A stretch of 64,000 nt of DNA from assembly GCA_023920165.1 (NCBI GenBank), contig CP089276.1, forward strand, positions 2,108,001 through 2,172,000, in the 5' to 3' direction. The notes below the pieces were generated by a model, which did not search any database, was not told the origin of the DNA, and saw only the letters and a program-made list of their open reading frames with translations. The translations under genes and the position numbers were made by a program. Origin of the DNA: Curvularia clavata (Eukaryota). Below, piece by piece: positions 36,180-47,875 of this stretch; position 1 is the stretch's first letter, and each line of letters begins with the position of its first letter.

Positions 36180-39100
36180 ATGTCGAAAGATCAAAACAAT
36201 CTCGCGCAGTTCAAATATGCGGCCATGTCCAACTTGGTCCTGCAGGCGGACAGACGGTTTACGTCGCGCCGACCGGACGAGCACACTGGCGATCCCGAGT
36301 CACTTGCAGGCCGCATCAACATCCGCGACATGGGCTCGCGCACTGCGCGTGATAGTGCAAATGCGCAGTCCAAGAAGCTCAAGGGACCTGGCGTCGAGCG
36401 AGGCAACCTTGGTGAGGGCGGCGACGTCCTAGAAAGAGAACAGCGCAAGAGGAAGCGGGACGATGGAACAAGTGCCTTTGGAGCTATCGCTACCGCCGAC
36501 TTGAACATCGAAGGCCTCACGTATAAACCACGAACACCCGCCACGCGCCAGACTTTCGAACTCATTACCACCATCGTGAGCAGAGCTCTTGGCGATGTCG
36601 ACCCTGCGACTACGCGAAGTGCGGCCGACCAAGTTCTGGAATACCTTAAAGATGATAGCATGAAGGACTTTGACAAGAAGAAGGAAGTGGATGATCTCTT
36701 GGGTACCTCTATGGGCGCGAAAGAGTTCAACGAGCTTGTGAACCTCGGTAAGAAAATTACTGATTACGATGCACAAGACGATGACGAAGGAGGCGACGAG
36801 GAGATGGCAGACGGCGAAGGTGCAGAGACTGCCGATAACCAGGGTGTCGCTGTCGTGTTTGACGATGAGGAGGAGGATGAAGATGGTCCCCAGACTTTCG
36901 AAGTGCGGGATGCCGATAGTTCAGACGAAGAAGACGAGACAGAGGCACCGATAGAACAAATCGGAGGCGACGGAGACGCGAAAGCCGCAGACTTTGCGGA
37001 TACCGAAGAGACGATAATACAGGGTGATGCTGTCACTTCGGATCGCAAAAACGGCGCAGACCAGCTCATTCCCACACACGAGATTGATGCGTACTGGTTA
37101 CAACGGCAGATTGGTCAGATCTACGAAGATGCGCATATACAGCAAGAGAAGACGCAGGAAGCGCTCAAGTTTCTTGCAGGAGTTTCGGACGATGGTGAAG
37201 AGAAGGAGCTACGCGAGATCGAGAACGACCTCATGGATCTCTTTGACTACGAACATCATGAGCTGGTTGCCAAACTCGTCCTCAACCGCGACAGGGTCGT
37301 TTGGGTCACCAGGTGGCGACGTGCTGCCGAGGACAAGGATGAGCGCACGGCTGTTGAGCGGGAGATGAAAGCTGCCGGTCAGCAACAAATCCTGCAAGAG
37401 CTACGTGCACGAGAAACGGGCATCAAAGTAGAGGACGGTGCTGGAACAGCAAAGATGAAGTTCAATCTTCAAAACATCAGCCTTCCCGAGGTTTCGAACG
37501 ATGTAGAAATGGGTGAAGCTAAACCGGATGGCATTGTGGGCGGTCTTCAACCGTCGAGTCGACTTGTCAATCTGGAAAACATCGTATTCGACCAGGGTAA
37601 CCATCTCATGACGAACGCAAGTGTCAAGCTGCCTCAAGGGTCGACAAGACGTCAGTTCAAGGGATATGAAGAAATTCATGTACCTGCGCCGAAGGCGAAG
37701 CGTGATCCTAATGAGCCGCCACTGATGCCAACCTCTGAACTACCAGACTGGGCGCGCCCCGGTTTTGGTAACTCAAAGTCACTCAATCGCATCCAGACGA
37801 AGTGTTTTCCAGCTGCCTTCAACGACGATGGCAACATGCTCATCTGCGCTCCCACTGGTTCCGGAAAGACTAACGTTGCCATGCTGACCATGCTACGGGA
37901 GATTGGCAAGCATCGTAATCCTCAAACAGGCGAGATTGCCCTTGACGACTTCAAGATCATCTACATTGCTCCCCTCAAGGCTTTGGTTGCCGAGCAGGTC
38001 GGTAACTTTGGCAAGCGTCTCGAGCCATATGGCATCAAGGTCTCTGAACTTACGGGTGACCGTCAACTTACCAAGCAGCAAATCGCAGAGACCCAGATTA
38101 TTGTCACCACGCCTGAAAAGTACGATGTCATCACTCGCAAGGCGACCGATACAAGCTATATAAACCTCGTCCGCCTCATTTGCATTGATGAAATCCATCT
38201 TTTGCACGACGATCGTGGTCCAGTTATCGAGAGCATTGTCAGCAGAACCCTTCGACGTAGCGAACAAACCGGTGACCACGTGCGCATTGTAGGTTTGAGT
38301 GCCACTCTTCCCAACTACCGCGATGTTGCAAGCTTCCTCCGTGTAGACACCAACAAAGGACTGTTTCATTTCGACGGCACCTTCCGACCGTGTCCTCTGA
38401 AGCAGGAGTTTATTGGTGTCACGGATAAGAAGGCTATCAAGCAGCTGAAGACCATGAACGATGTTTGCTACACCAAAGTGCTGGAACAAGTTGGCGAGCA
38501 CCGCAATCAGATGCTTATATTTGTACACTCGCGAAAGGAAACCGCAAAGACTGCGAAGTACATTCGCGACAAGGCTCTGGAAGAAGAGACTATAGGCAAG
38601 ATCCTACGGTCGGACGCTGCTAGTCGAGAAATTCTGAGAGAAGAATCCGAGTCGATACAAAACGCCGACCTCAAAGACGTCATGCCCTACGGATTTGGTA
38701 TTCACCACGCTGGTATGTCCCGAGCGGACCGTACAGCTGTCGAGGATCTCTTCGCCGATGGCTCAATCCAGGTGCTGGTGTGCACAGCAACCTTGGCTTG
38801 GGGTGTCAATTTGCCAGCGCATACAGTCATCATCAAGGGAACCCAAATCTACTCTCCAGAGAAGGGTAGCTGGGTTGAGCTGAGTCCTCAAGATGTTTTG
38901 CAGATGCTCGGTCGTGCCGGTAGACCTCAGTACGATACCTACGGAGAGGGTATCATCATCACCACGCAATCTGAGATCCAGTACTACTTGTCATTGCTCA
39001 ACCAGCAGTTACCTATCGAGTCGCAACTGATTAGCAAGCTCGCAGACACTCTCAATGCTGAGATCGTCTTAGGCAACGTTCGGAACAGAGATGAAGCTGT

Positions 39101-42100
39101 GGACTGGCTTGGCTACACATACCTCTTCGTCCGTATGCTTCGCTCGCCGGCTTTGTATCGGGTAGGTCCGGAGTACGAGAATGACACGGTTTTGGAGCAA
39201 AGACGTGTGGACCTTGTTCACGCAGCTGCGCATGTGCTTGAGAAGTGTAGCCTTATCAAGTACGACAGGAAGACTGGAGCCCTCAACCCTACCGAACTTG
39301 GAAGAATTGCCTCCCACTACTACGTCACCCACAACTCGATGGCCACTTACAATATGCACGTCCAGCCTGGCATCAGCGCGATCGAGCTCTTCCGAGTATT
39401 TGCGCTAAGCGAGGAGTTCAAGTACATTCCTGTACGCCAAGACGAGAAGCTGGAGCTCGCGAAACTGCTTGGAAAAGTTCCCATCCCCGTCAAGGAGGGT
39501 GTTGAAGAAGCTCAGGCCAAGATCAATGTGCTTCTCCAAGCTTACATCTCCCGTCTCAAACTCGAAGGCTTAGCACTGATGGCAGATTTGGTCTACGTTA
39601 CACAATCAGCTGGACGTATCCTTCGTGCTATCTTCGAAATCTGTCTCAAGAAGGGCTGGTCGCAAGTTGCCAAGCTAGCTCTTGACATGTGCAAGATGGC
39701 AGAGAAGCGTATGTGGCCCACCATGACCCCTCTGCGGCAGTTCCCCTCTTGCCCGAGGGATATTGTGCAGAAAGCAGAACGCATTGATGTCAGCTGGTCG
39801 AGCTACTTTGGCCTTGACCCACCCAGCATGGGCGAACTGCTTGGTATGCCCAAGGCAGGCAGACTCGTCTGCGGTTTAGTCGAGAAATTTCCACGACTCC
39901 AGATCGAAGCGACTCCACGCCCGATAACCAGGTCGTTGCTCCGCCTGGAGCTCACCATCCGGCCTGATTTCGTGTGGGATACGGAACTTCACGGAACGTC
40001 TGAAGCTTTCTGGATTCTCGTTGAGGACTGCGACGGTGAGCAAATCCTGTTCCACGACACCTTCATTCTTCGTCGTGACTACGCCGATGGCGATGCAAAT
40101 GAACATCTGCTTGAGGTTACGGTACCCATGGACGAGCCGATGCCACCCAACTACTTTGTCACAGTTCTCTCCGATCGATGGATGGCCTCCGAGACTAAGC
40201 TTGCTGTCTCTTTCCAGAAGCTTATTCTGCCAGCGAAGTTTCCTGCCCACACACCTGTCCTGGACCTTCAACCATTGCCTGTCTCTGCCCTGAAGAGAAA
40301 GGAATTTATGGGTTTGTATGACAACATTGGCCGCTTCAACAAGGTCCAGACACAAACTTTTAATACGCTGTACACCACAGATGACAATGTGCTTATCGGC
40401 GCATCAGCGGGCATCGGAAAGACTATCTGTGCTGAGTTTGCTATTTTACGACATTGGGGCACTGGTAACCAGGGCCGCATAGTTTACCTCGCGCCGTTCC
40501 AAGAGCTTGTCGACAATCAGTACAAGAACTGGAACGAGCGTTTGTCAGATCTCTCTGGAGGCAAAGACATTGTTAAACTTACTGGCGAGACCACAGCGGA
40601 CCTTCGACTTCTTGAGAAGGGCGATCTCATTTTGGCTACTCCCTCGCAATGGGACTCCCTCTCTCGACAATGGCAGCGTCGGAAGAATGTGCAGTCAGTG
40701 TCTCTGTTGATTGCAGACGAGCTGCATATGCTCGGAGGATTGAACGGCCATGTGTACGAGATTGTTGTCTCGCGTATGCAAGCTATGGCGACTCAGCTTG
40801 AGTCGAAGCTGCGCATCGTTGGACTGAGTGTCTCTCTGTCAAATGCACGAGACATTGGTGAGTGGATAGGTGCAACCAAGCACACCATCTACAACTTCAG
40901 TCCCGCCATTCGAGCTGTGCCGCTCGAACTCAAGATCCAGTCGTTCACAATTCCCCATTTCCCATCGCTCATGATGGCTATGGCCAGACCGACATATTCC
41001 GCTATCACACAGATGTCCCCCGATAAGCCAGCAATAGTCTTTGTTCCGAACAGAAAGCAGGCCCGCAGCTCTGCTGCTGACCTTTTCAACGCGTGCATTG
41101 CGGATGACGACGAAGACCGCTTCCTCAACGTTGAGCTAACAGAAATTCAACCCATCCTCGAGAAGATCAACGAACAAGCGCTTGCTACTTCATTGTCACA
41201 CGGTATCGGTTACTTCCATGAAGCTCTCAACTCCTTCGACAAGCGAGCTGTCCAGCATCTTTTCAAGGTCGGCGCCATCCAGGTCATGATTGTTTCACGA
41301 GACTCTTGTTGGGAAATCGATAGCAGCGCTCATCTTGTTGTTGTCCAAGGCACACAATTCTACGAGGGACGTGAACACCGATACGTCGATTATCCTATCA
41401 GCGATATTCTGCAAATGTTTGGCAAGGCTGGCAGGGTTGGACTGGACAAGTCAGCCAAGGGCGTGCTCATGCTGCCTGCGGTAAAGCGCGAATACTACAA
41501 GAAGTTTTTGAATGAGGCGCTGCCGATCGAGAGTTATCTGCCCGACTACCTTCACGATGCATTTGTCGCAGAGATTAGTTCAAAGACAATTGAGTCTACA
41601 CAGGAAGCTGTTGACTGGTCGACATACACATACTTCTACCGCCGTCTGCTCGCCAACCCAAGCTATTACAACCTGCACGACACTTCTCATGAAGGACTCA
41701 GCGCCCATCTGTCCGACATGGTCGAGCAGACCCTGAAAGAGCTGACTGATGCCAATCTCATTGAACATGACGAGGACGAAGATGCCATCACGCCACTCAA
41801 CCCATGCATGATTGCGGCATACTATAATATCTCCTTCATCACCATGCAGACCCTCATGATGTCGCTCAATGGTAGAACTAGTTTAAAGGGCGTACTGGAG
41901 ATCATCACTGCAGCCACAGAGTTTGAAGATATCCAAATCCGACGACACGAGAACCATATCCTTCAGCGCATCTACGATCGTATTCCGTACAAGATGCAAG
42001 AGCCTAACTTTGAGACGCCTCATTTCAAGGCTTTTGTCCTTCTCCAGGCTCATTTCTCGCGCATGCAGCTGCCCATTGATCTAGCGAAGGATCAAGAGAC

Positions 42101-42821
42101 TGTCTTGCGAAAGGTTCTTACCATTCTCAGCGCCAGTGTCGACGTCCTCTCCTCGGAGGCTCATCTCAATGCCATGTCCGCCATGGAGCTCTCCCAAATG
42201 GTTGTTCAAGCAATGTGGCAGAAGGACTCTCCGCTCAAGCAGATTCCTCACTTCGATGCCGATACCATCAAGGCCGCTCAGAAGTTCGGCATCAACGATG
42301 TCGACGACTTCATCAACGCCATGGATGAGGATGAAAACCCAGACTACAAGAAACTCATCTCCGCCCTCAACGTCGACCAACGTCAGCTTGCTGATATTGC
42401 AAACTTCACGAACAACTTTTACCCGAATGTCGAACTTGAGCACGAGCTCGTTGATCCCGAGAACATCGCGTCCAACTCGCCCGCTCAACTCAAGGTGCGC
42501 GTTATTCGCAACCTTGAAGAGGACGAAGAACCAAAGACAGAAGTGCACGCACCATTCTATCCTGCTGACAAGACGGAGAGCTGGTGGTTGGTCCTTGGTG
42601 ACCAGAAGGATCGTACGCTACTTGCCATCAAGAAGGTGCCTATCCTCAGGAAGTTGGAGACTGTACTGGAGTTCACACTCGAGAAGCCTGGTAGTCATGA
42701 ATTGACGCTTTACCTGGTCAGCGACAGTTACCTTGGTGTTGATCAGGCACCTACGTTCCAACTTGAAGCTGCAGAGGGAATGGAGGAGGATAGTGAAGAG
42801 GAAGATGAAGATGACGAGTAG
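36180..42821 (+). CDS. BRR2: U5 snRNP 200-kDa helicase Brr2 (2213 aa, intronless)
   Basis: Y.AMSNLVLQADRR start, two Ski2-like helicase cassettes (APTGSGKT, DEIH, QMLGRAGRP; DELH), two Sec63 domains. Confidence 0.98.
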   Translation: MSKDQNNLAQFKYAAMSNLVLQADRRFTSRRPDEHTGDPESLAGRINIRDMGSRTARDSANAQSKKLKGPGVERGNLGEGGDVLEREQRKRKRDDGTSAFGAIATADLNIEGLTYKPRTPATRQTFELITTIVSRALGDVDPATTRSAADQVLEYLKDDSMKDFDKKKEVDDLLGTSMGAKEFNELVNLGKKITDYDAQDDDEGGDEEMADGEGAETADNQGVAVVFDDEEEDEDGPQTFEVRDADSSDEEDETEAPIEQIGGDGDAKAADFADTEETIIQGDAVTSDRKNGADQLIPTHEIDAYWLQRQIGQIYEDAHIQQEKTQEALKFLAGVSDDGEEKELREIENDLMDLFDYEHHELVAKLVLNRDRVVWVTRWRRAAEDKDERTAVEREMKAAGQQQILQELRARETGIKVEDGAGTAKMKFNLQNISLPEVSNDVEMGEAKPDGIVGGLQPSSRLVNLENIVFDQGNHLMTNASVKLPQGSTRRQFKGYEEIHVPAPKAKRDPNEPPLMPTSELPDWARPGFGNSKSLNRIQTKCFPAAFNDDGNMLICAPTGSGKTNVAMLTMLREIGKHRNPQTGEIALDDFKIIYIAPLKALVAEQVGNFGKRLEPYGIKVSELTGDRQLTKQQIAETQIIVTTPEKYDVITRKATDTSYINLVRLICIDEIHLLHDDRGPVIESIVSRTLRRSEQTGDHVRIVGLSATLPNYRDVASFLRVDTNKGLFHFDGTFRPCPLKQEFIGVTDKKAIKQLKTMNDVCYTKVLEQVGEHRNQMLIFVHSRKETAKTAKYIRDKALEEETIGKILRSDAASREILREESESIQNADLKDVMPYGFGIHHAGMSRADRTAVEDLFADGSIQVLVCTATLAWGVNLPAHTVIIKGTQIYSPEKGSWVELSPQDVLQMLGRAGRPQYDTYGEGIIITTQSEIQYYLSLLNQQLPIESQLISKLADTLNAEIVLGNVRNRDEAVDWLGYTYLFVRMLRSPALYRVGPEYENDTVLEQRRVDLVHAAAHVLEKCSLIKYDRKTGALNPTELGRIASHYYVTHNSMATYNMHVQPGISAIELFRVFALSEEFKYIPVRQDEKLELAKLLGKVPIPVKEGVEEAQAKINVLLQAYISRLKLEGLALMADLVYVTQSAGRILRAIFEICLKKGWSQVAKLALDMCKMAEKRMWPTMTPLRQFPSCPRDIVQKAERIDVSWSSYFGLDPPSMGELLGMPKAGRLVCGLVEKFPRLQIEATPRPITRSLLRLELTIRPDFVWDTELHGTSEAFWILVEDCDGEQILFHDTFILRRDYADGDANEHLLEVTVPMDEPMPPNYFVTVLSDRWMASETKLAVSFQKLILPAKFPAHTPVLDLQPLPVSALKRKEFMGLYDNIGRFNKVQTQTFNTLYTTDDNVLIGASAGIGKTICAEFAILRHWGTGNQGRIVYLAPFQELVDNQYKNWNERLSDLSGGKDIVKLTGETTADLRLLEKGDLILATPSQWDSLSRQWQRRKNVQSVSLLIADELHMLGGLNGHVYEIVVSRMQAMATQLESKLRIVGLSVSLSNARDIGEWIGATKHTIYNFSPAIRAVPLELKIQSFTIPHFPSLMMAMARPTYSAITQMSPDKPAIVFVPNRKQARSSAADLFNACIADDDEDRFLNVELTEIQPILEKINEQALATSLSHGIGYFHEALNSFDKRAVQHLFKVGAIQVMIVSRDSCWEIDSSAHLVVVQGTQFYEGREHRYVDYPISDILQMFGKAGRVGLDKSAKGVLMLPAVKREYYKKFLNEALPIESYLPDYLHDAFVAEISSKTIESTQEAVDWSTYTYFYRRLLANPSYYNLHDTSHEGLSAHLSDMVEQTLKELTDANLIEHDEDEDAITPLNPCMIAAYYNISFITMQTLMMSLNGRTSLKGVLEIITAATEFEDIQIRRHENHILQRIYDRIPYKMQEPNFETPHFKAFVLLQAHFSRMQLPIDLAKDQETVLRKVLTILSASVDVLSSEAHLNAMSAMELSQMVVQAMWQKDSPLKQIPHFDADTIKAAQKFGINDVDDFINAMDEDENPDYKKLISALNVDQRQLADIANFTNNFYPNVELEHELVDPENIASNSPAQLKVRVIRNLEEDEEPKTEVHAPFYPADKTESWWLVLGDQKDRTLLAIKKVPILRKLETVLEFTLEKPGSHELTLYLVSDSYLGVDQAPTFQLEAAEGMEEDSEEEDEDDE

Positions 42822-44101
42822 CGGTGGTAATAGACGCAGAGGTAGATCAACGCTATTCCCGTGGGCATCTCAGGACGTGCCTTAATGATATTGTGGCTCT
42901 TGGTAGCAAACAAACATGACTAGCGTAATCTAGGCGTTTGGAAGTTTGAATTGTATGTATAGTAATTCATATGCGTTTTTTTTTGGCATTCAGAAAAGAA
43001 ATGTGGCAAGTGACTAGAACTTTAATTCTGCGCTCATACGGAGATTGGATGGTAGAATTAGAAGTTTTTGCATTGACATCAATCAAAAAGAAAACGTTGC
43101 TGTGCATCTTACTATTGCTAACACACACTTTCCATCTCCCCGACCACTAGCCTTTACACCCTTGCTAAATGATATAGCATGACACATACATAGATGAGAA
43201 CAACCGGGGTTTACTCTCTAGTTTATGTTTCCACTATTGTACTGCGCGGATGTATTCCGAACACTAATACAATAGATTTTAACTTCCACCATATTAGAGC
43301 AACAAGCGCCGAAATCTCTTTGTCCGAAGTCAAGGTGAAATCGGACCGACTTACGAAGACATTGCTTGCGTGGGGTACCAGACGAACAGAAGGTGTGAGG
43401 CTCTTTAGCAGCACACTTATCTAGTCATTGATTGGTGATCGTTATGAGAGCCAAAATATCGATACCGTCATGTATACAAAGGTTGGAGATTTCTTCCAGT
43501 CTGCTGTTGCTCGAATCACAACTACTTGTAGACTGAAAGAAAAAGAGGGCCTGTTGCATGAACTAATGCGGAATCCCGCGTCTAACCCATCGTCTAATTA
43601 AGTAGATCGGTGCATTCTGACACCACATATTACAACATCTAGATATCCAGAACGCGTCTATTTTCCCATCCCCTGCCTAGCTAAGTTTCCGTTTAATATG
43701 TTTATGCTTTGGTTTCGATGTTCAGGCATCATGTGTTCTACAAGAAACAACATTTAATGACTGTATCTTGTGAGATTCACCTCGTTTGGGCTGTGTAATA
43801 CGATAGGTCTATTCTTCGGAGATCGGTACCCCGCTTGTCTTAGATGCATTCACCGGTGTCTTAGCATCCACCTTACCCCAGAGGTAAGCTAGTGCAGGGT
43901 CTGTCGCCGCCTTTACCAGTATAGTACTAATGTGAATATGCATTGATATCGCCCGAGGAAACCCCAAGTAATATCAGAACCTGGTTAGAGCCTGACGCCG
44001 CATTACTTGCCTTTTAAAAATTGTACCACAAAACACAAGTAGAGCTGATATCGCTACCTTAACAATTCTCAAAAAGGGGCATCATTTCAACTTTTTCCAA
44101 C

Positions 44102-45218
44102 ATGGCAGCCTCAGACAACGCGACTGCATCAGTGGGCGATACATCCACCCACCTACTTCGAGGTAAGCCGCACATTTCAGCTTCGCGAGGTATACAGGGC
44201 ATCAATACTGCAAATACTTAGAGCGAACAGTCTGGACAACACTCTTGACAAACACGGCCTATTTACCAGGCCTTCTGACCCTCGACTATTCACTGAAACA
44301 TTCAAAATCTCGCTATCCCCTCATCGTGTTGTATACGGATGAGCTATCAGCTGAAGCCCATCAAGCACTCGACCGTCGCGGCATACGCAAGCGGCACGTT
44401 CCATACCTTCAACCTACGGCTGGGAACGATTACAGCAATGACCCGCGATTTTATGACTGTTGGACCAAGATGGTTCCTTTCGGACTAACAGAATTCGAGC
44501 GCATCGTTCAGCTTGATAGCGATATGCTCGTCATGCGCAACATGGACGAGTTGATGGATATCGAACTTGATCCACCTGAACTCGAAGGTCGAGGCAACAG
44601 GGTGTTTGCTGCGTCGCATGCGTGTGTCTGTAATCCATTGAAGAAACCGCACTATCCCCGCGACTGGTAGGTTAATGTATTTCATTTATGCGTGCACCGA
44701 TCCTTGTTTGCATCAGTCATCATCACTGCAAACTGAGTTACTAAACGCGCGACAGGATTCCCGAGAACTGTGCTTTCACACACCAACACAACTCACCAGA
44801 TCAAGCGCAAAAGACAGGAGCTCCCTGCACCACTGGACTTCAGTATATGAACGGCGGCCTTCAAGTCGTCAACCCCAGTAAGGCAGTGTACGATCTCATC
44901 CTGACTACCTTGGACCAGCCTCAAACAGCAGACTACGCTTTTGCCGACCAGTCACTGCTGTCCGACCTGTTCCGTGGCCGGTGGGTTGCACTGCCGTATG
45001 TATACAATGCGCTGAAGACCCTGCGCTGGAAAGGCATTCATGATTGTATTTGGATGGACGAGGAAGTCAAGAATGTTCATTATATTTTGGCCCCAAAGCC
45101 CTGGAATAACAAGGAGGTGCACAATGACTCGGATCGCGTCACACATGGATGGTTTTGGGATATGAATGAGGCGAGGATCAAGGAAGAGAAGGAGGCGGGG
45201 ATTGAGGATGGGTATTAG
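44102..45218 (+). CDS. Glycosyltransferase family 8 (glycogenin/galactinol-synthase-like); introns 44163-44221 (or 44230) and 44667-44755
   Basis: VWTTLLTNTAYLPG, CWTK, DXD motif LDSDM, HACVCNP..KPHYP.DW|IPENC, NGGL.V..PS, FADQ, HYIL.PKPW. Confidence 0.9.
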
Positions 45219-45899
45219 CTGCGGAGTATACATGAATCGGAAGAACTATGCCTGCATTCATTACCTGAGCTATCAATTTGGATTTTTCCTCGCTAATCAT
45301 GACATAGAGAATGTGAATGTTCTTGACAAGCCTTCATACTTTGAGGTCGGTTGGCATCTACAGCTCTCGAATTGTAAATATAACAGTTTGTACACAGTTC
45401 TAGCGATGAAAAATGAAGCAGCTAGTGCAATGCTATGGGTTTTGACATGAATAGCGTTGTCAGTGAAAAAAAAAAGCCCAGGATGCTGTCCAGAGACGTA
45501 GCTTTGAGTACCAATGTTGCTGCACAGCGGATACGATGATGTTGCAGTTCTTGGAGTCGTGGGTAGAAAAAAGGCGATAACCACACTGGCAAATTCAGAG
45601 TGGCAGCTTGCGTAGCCCAAAAGCAGGAGTGGTCGTTGTTGCACAACAACTGGCATGTTGACGGGCTGTTATTTGCTACATGGGAAATGCACAAGAAGAG
45701 CTTAGAATACAATGTCTACCAGGGATTTTTTGGCCCTGATAGCCCAATGAGTATATTAAATAAGATAGTAGGATTGGGCAACGTTATCTCTGGGTAAAAA
45801 AGTATAATAACAAACGCCGGGTTGTGCGATGGATCAATTGGTGATGCTGTGGAAGAGCAAAAAAAGAAATCAACGAATAACTCGTTGGTCCACGTTAGT

Positions 45900-45982
45900 T
45901 GGACGGATGGATGATCGAAATCCAGACCTCCCGCAATTTTGCGTGATGCAAAGCGGGCGCTCTACCACTGAGCTATACGCCC
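45900..45982 (-). tRNA. tRNA-Ala(TGC) with 11-nt intron (45936-45946)
   Basis: GGGCGTA TA GCTC AGTGGTA GAGC G CCCGC TT TGC A [TCACGCAAAAT] T GCGGG AGGTC TGGAT TTCGATC ATCCA TCCGTCC A; G3:U70 and A73 alanine identity elements present. Confidence 0.92.
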
Positions 45983-46421
45983 GATGATGGATCTTACGTA
46001 AGATGGAATGAAAGCAATTTTGTTAAAATATATAGAGCGCGTACGCGTCCAGTTTAACAACCCCTGGGTGGTTTGCATTCCGTACTGTTGTCAGTCCACA
46101 GCGTGTGGGTCTGTGGTCGCAGCTTTCAACCCCTCGGAAGCGTGACGTGGGCTACCAGTACAGCCACACCCTAGCGCACCTCGGACGAACCACGTCGTCA
46201 GCTTCCCCGAACCCCGTTGCGCTCTGTCTCAGCAGACGACACATCTCCGCAATATCCACGACTACAGCGAACGTTCACGTTAGCCTTGCAACGTTCGCAG
46301 TTCAAAGCGCAATCGAAACTCGCGAAACAACCGCGCGTCCATCATACATTGCAGTACCGCGCATCCGGAAGCTGTTGAGAATTGACAAACAAACAGTACT
46401 GCAATCGCAGCAACCGCTACG

Positions 46422-47768
46422 ATGGGGTCATTAGGCACATACTTCCTCGACTTTGTGTATTCTTTCACCAACTGCATGGTGTGCTTTCCAAGTTCACCGC
46501 AACTCAAAGTCAACAACCGAAGCTTCAAGATACTGCGCTTGTTGGGCGAGGTGAGCTTCCTCGGCGCAGATGAACCTGTGTCAATGGGCTGACTCCGATA
46601 GGGTGGTTTCTCGTATGTGTACCTTGTACAAGACAATTCAAATCAACAGCTTCTTGCGCTCAAGAAGATACGATGTCCGTTTGGCCAAGAAAGCGTGAGC
46701 CTTGCGCTGAAAGAGGTCGAGGCATACTCACTGTTTGCGCCGCACCCGAACATCATTCATTCGATCGACTACTCCGTTGAGACGGACAAGTCAGACCCGT
46801 CTGCGAAGACTGTGTACATTCTCCTTCCATACTATCGCCGCGGCAACTTACAAGATATGATCAATGCGAATCTGGTCAACCACACCAAGTTCCCCGAGCG
46901 GAGACTGATGGTACTATTTTTGGGTGTGTGCAAAGCTCTCAAAGCGATGCATCAATACAAGGTCAAGGGAGGGCCTGGGGGTGGACCAAGTGCAGCCAAA
47001 GCGAAGAAGGTTCGGAGAGACGCTAAGAGGGCAGACGCAGAAGCTGCAGAGAGTATGGAGATGCGCCCAAGCCGGCGGAATCGTGACGACGAGGACGATG
47101 ATGAGCAAGAAGCCGAAGGTCTGCTCGAGGAGTCCGAGGTCACAGCAGCGCACGATGGCATTGCGCCTGGCGGAGAGAGGGCATACGCGCACAGGGACAT
47201 TAAGCCAGGTAGGCGGTCCATGCCATAGCCGGTTGGTTTACAAACACTAACAAAAAATGCAGGAAACATCATGATAGACGATGACGGCAAAACACCAATC
47301 CTGATGGACCTTGGCTCTCTCGCACCCTCGCCAACACCTATAACATCGCGCTCTATGGCGCTGCAAGTCCAAGACACTGCTGCCGAACACTCGACAATGC
47401 CATACCGCGCGCCTGAGCTATTCGATGTCAAGACTGGTTCTGTCATTGATACTAAAGTCGATATATGGTCACTAGGGTGCACGTTGTACGCGTGCCTTGT
47501 AGGCAAGAGTCCTTTTGAGGCACGGTCCGACGAGACGGGTGGTAGTCTAAGCATTTGCGTGCTGGGTGGAGACTGGAGGTTCCCCGACGAAGGCATCCAA
47601 AGGGGCAAGCAAAAAGCCAATCCTGAAGACGCCATCTCTGACGGCGTGAAGGAGGTGGTGAGGAAGTGCTTGAAGCTAGAGCCAAGTGAACGGCCGGATG
47701 TTGACGAGCTGATTGCCATTGTAGAGAATGTGCTACGCGACCTGCCCGAGGATGGCTCGGAAGACTAG
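46422..47768 (+). CDS. ENV7: NAK-family Ser/Thr kinase (STK16/Env7); introns 46551-46601 and 47209-47262
   Basis: N-terminal MGS and CMVC; LLGE|GGFSYVYL, ALKKIRC, HRDIKP|GN, MDLGS, HSTMPYRAPELF, DIWSLGC. Confidence 0.9.
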
Positions 47769-47849
47769 ATGCTGCTAGCTTGGACGGCCGCACGGAAGAT
47801 GATGCCACGGTGCTTGTTTTGTACAAGCACGTTTCTTTTCTATCCAGTC

Positions 47850-47875
47850 TGTGTATGTGTGTGTGTGTGTGTGTG
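47850..47875. repeat. (GT)n microsatellite in the ENV7 3' region
   Basis: Near-perfect TG run with one interruption. Confidence 0.9.

Noticed and set aside
36191..42705. Many antisense and alternate-frame ORFs over BRR2 and other genes
   Set aside because: Expected shadows of codon bias in long coding sequences.
42850..44050. AT-richer intergenic stretch as a possible RIP-degraded transposon
   Set aside because: No terminal repeats, target duplications or transposase/RT motifs are visible. A RIP index and repeat-library search would be needed.
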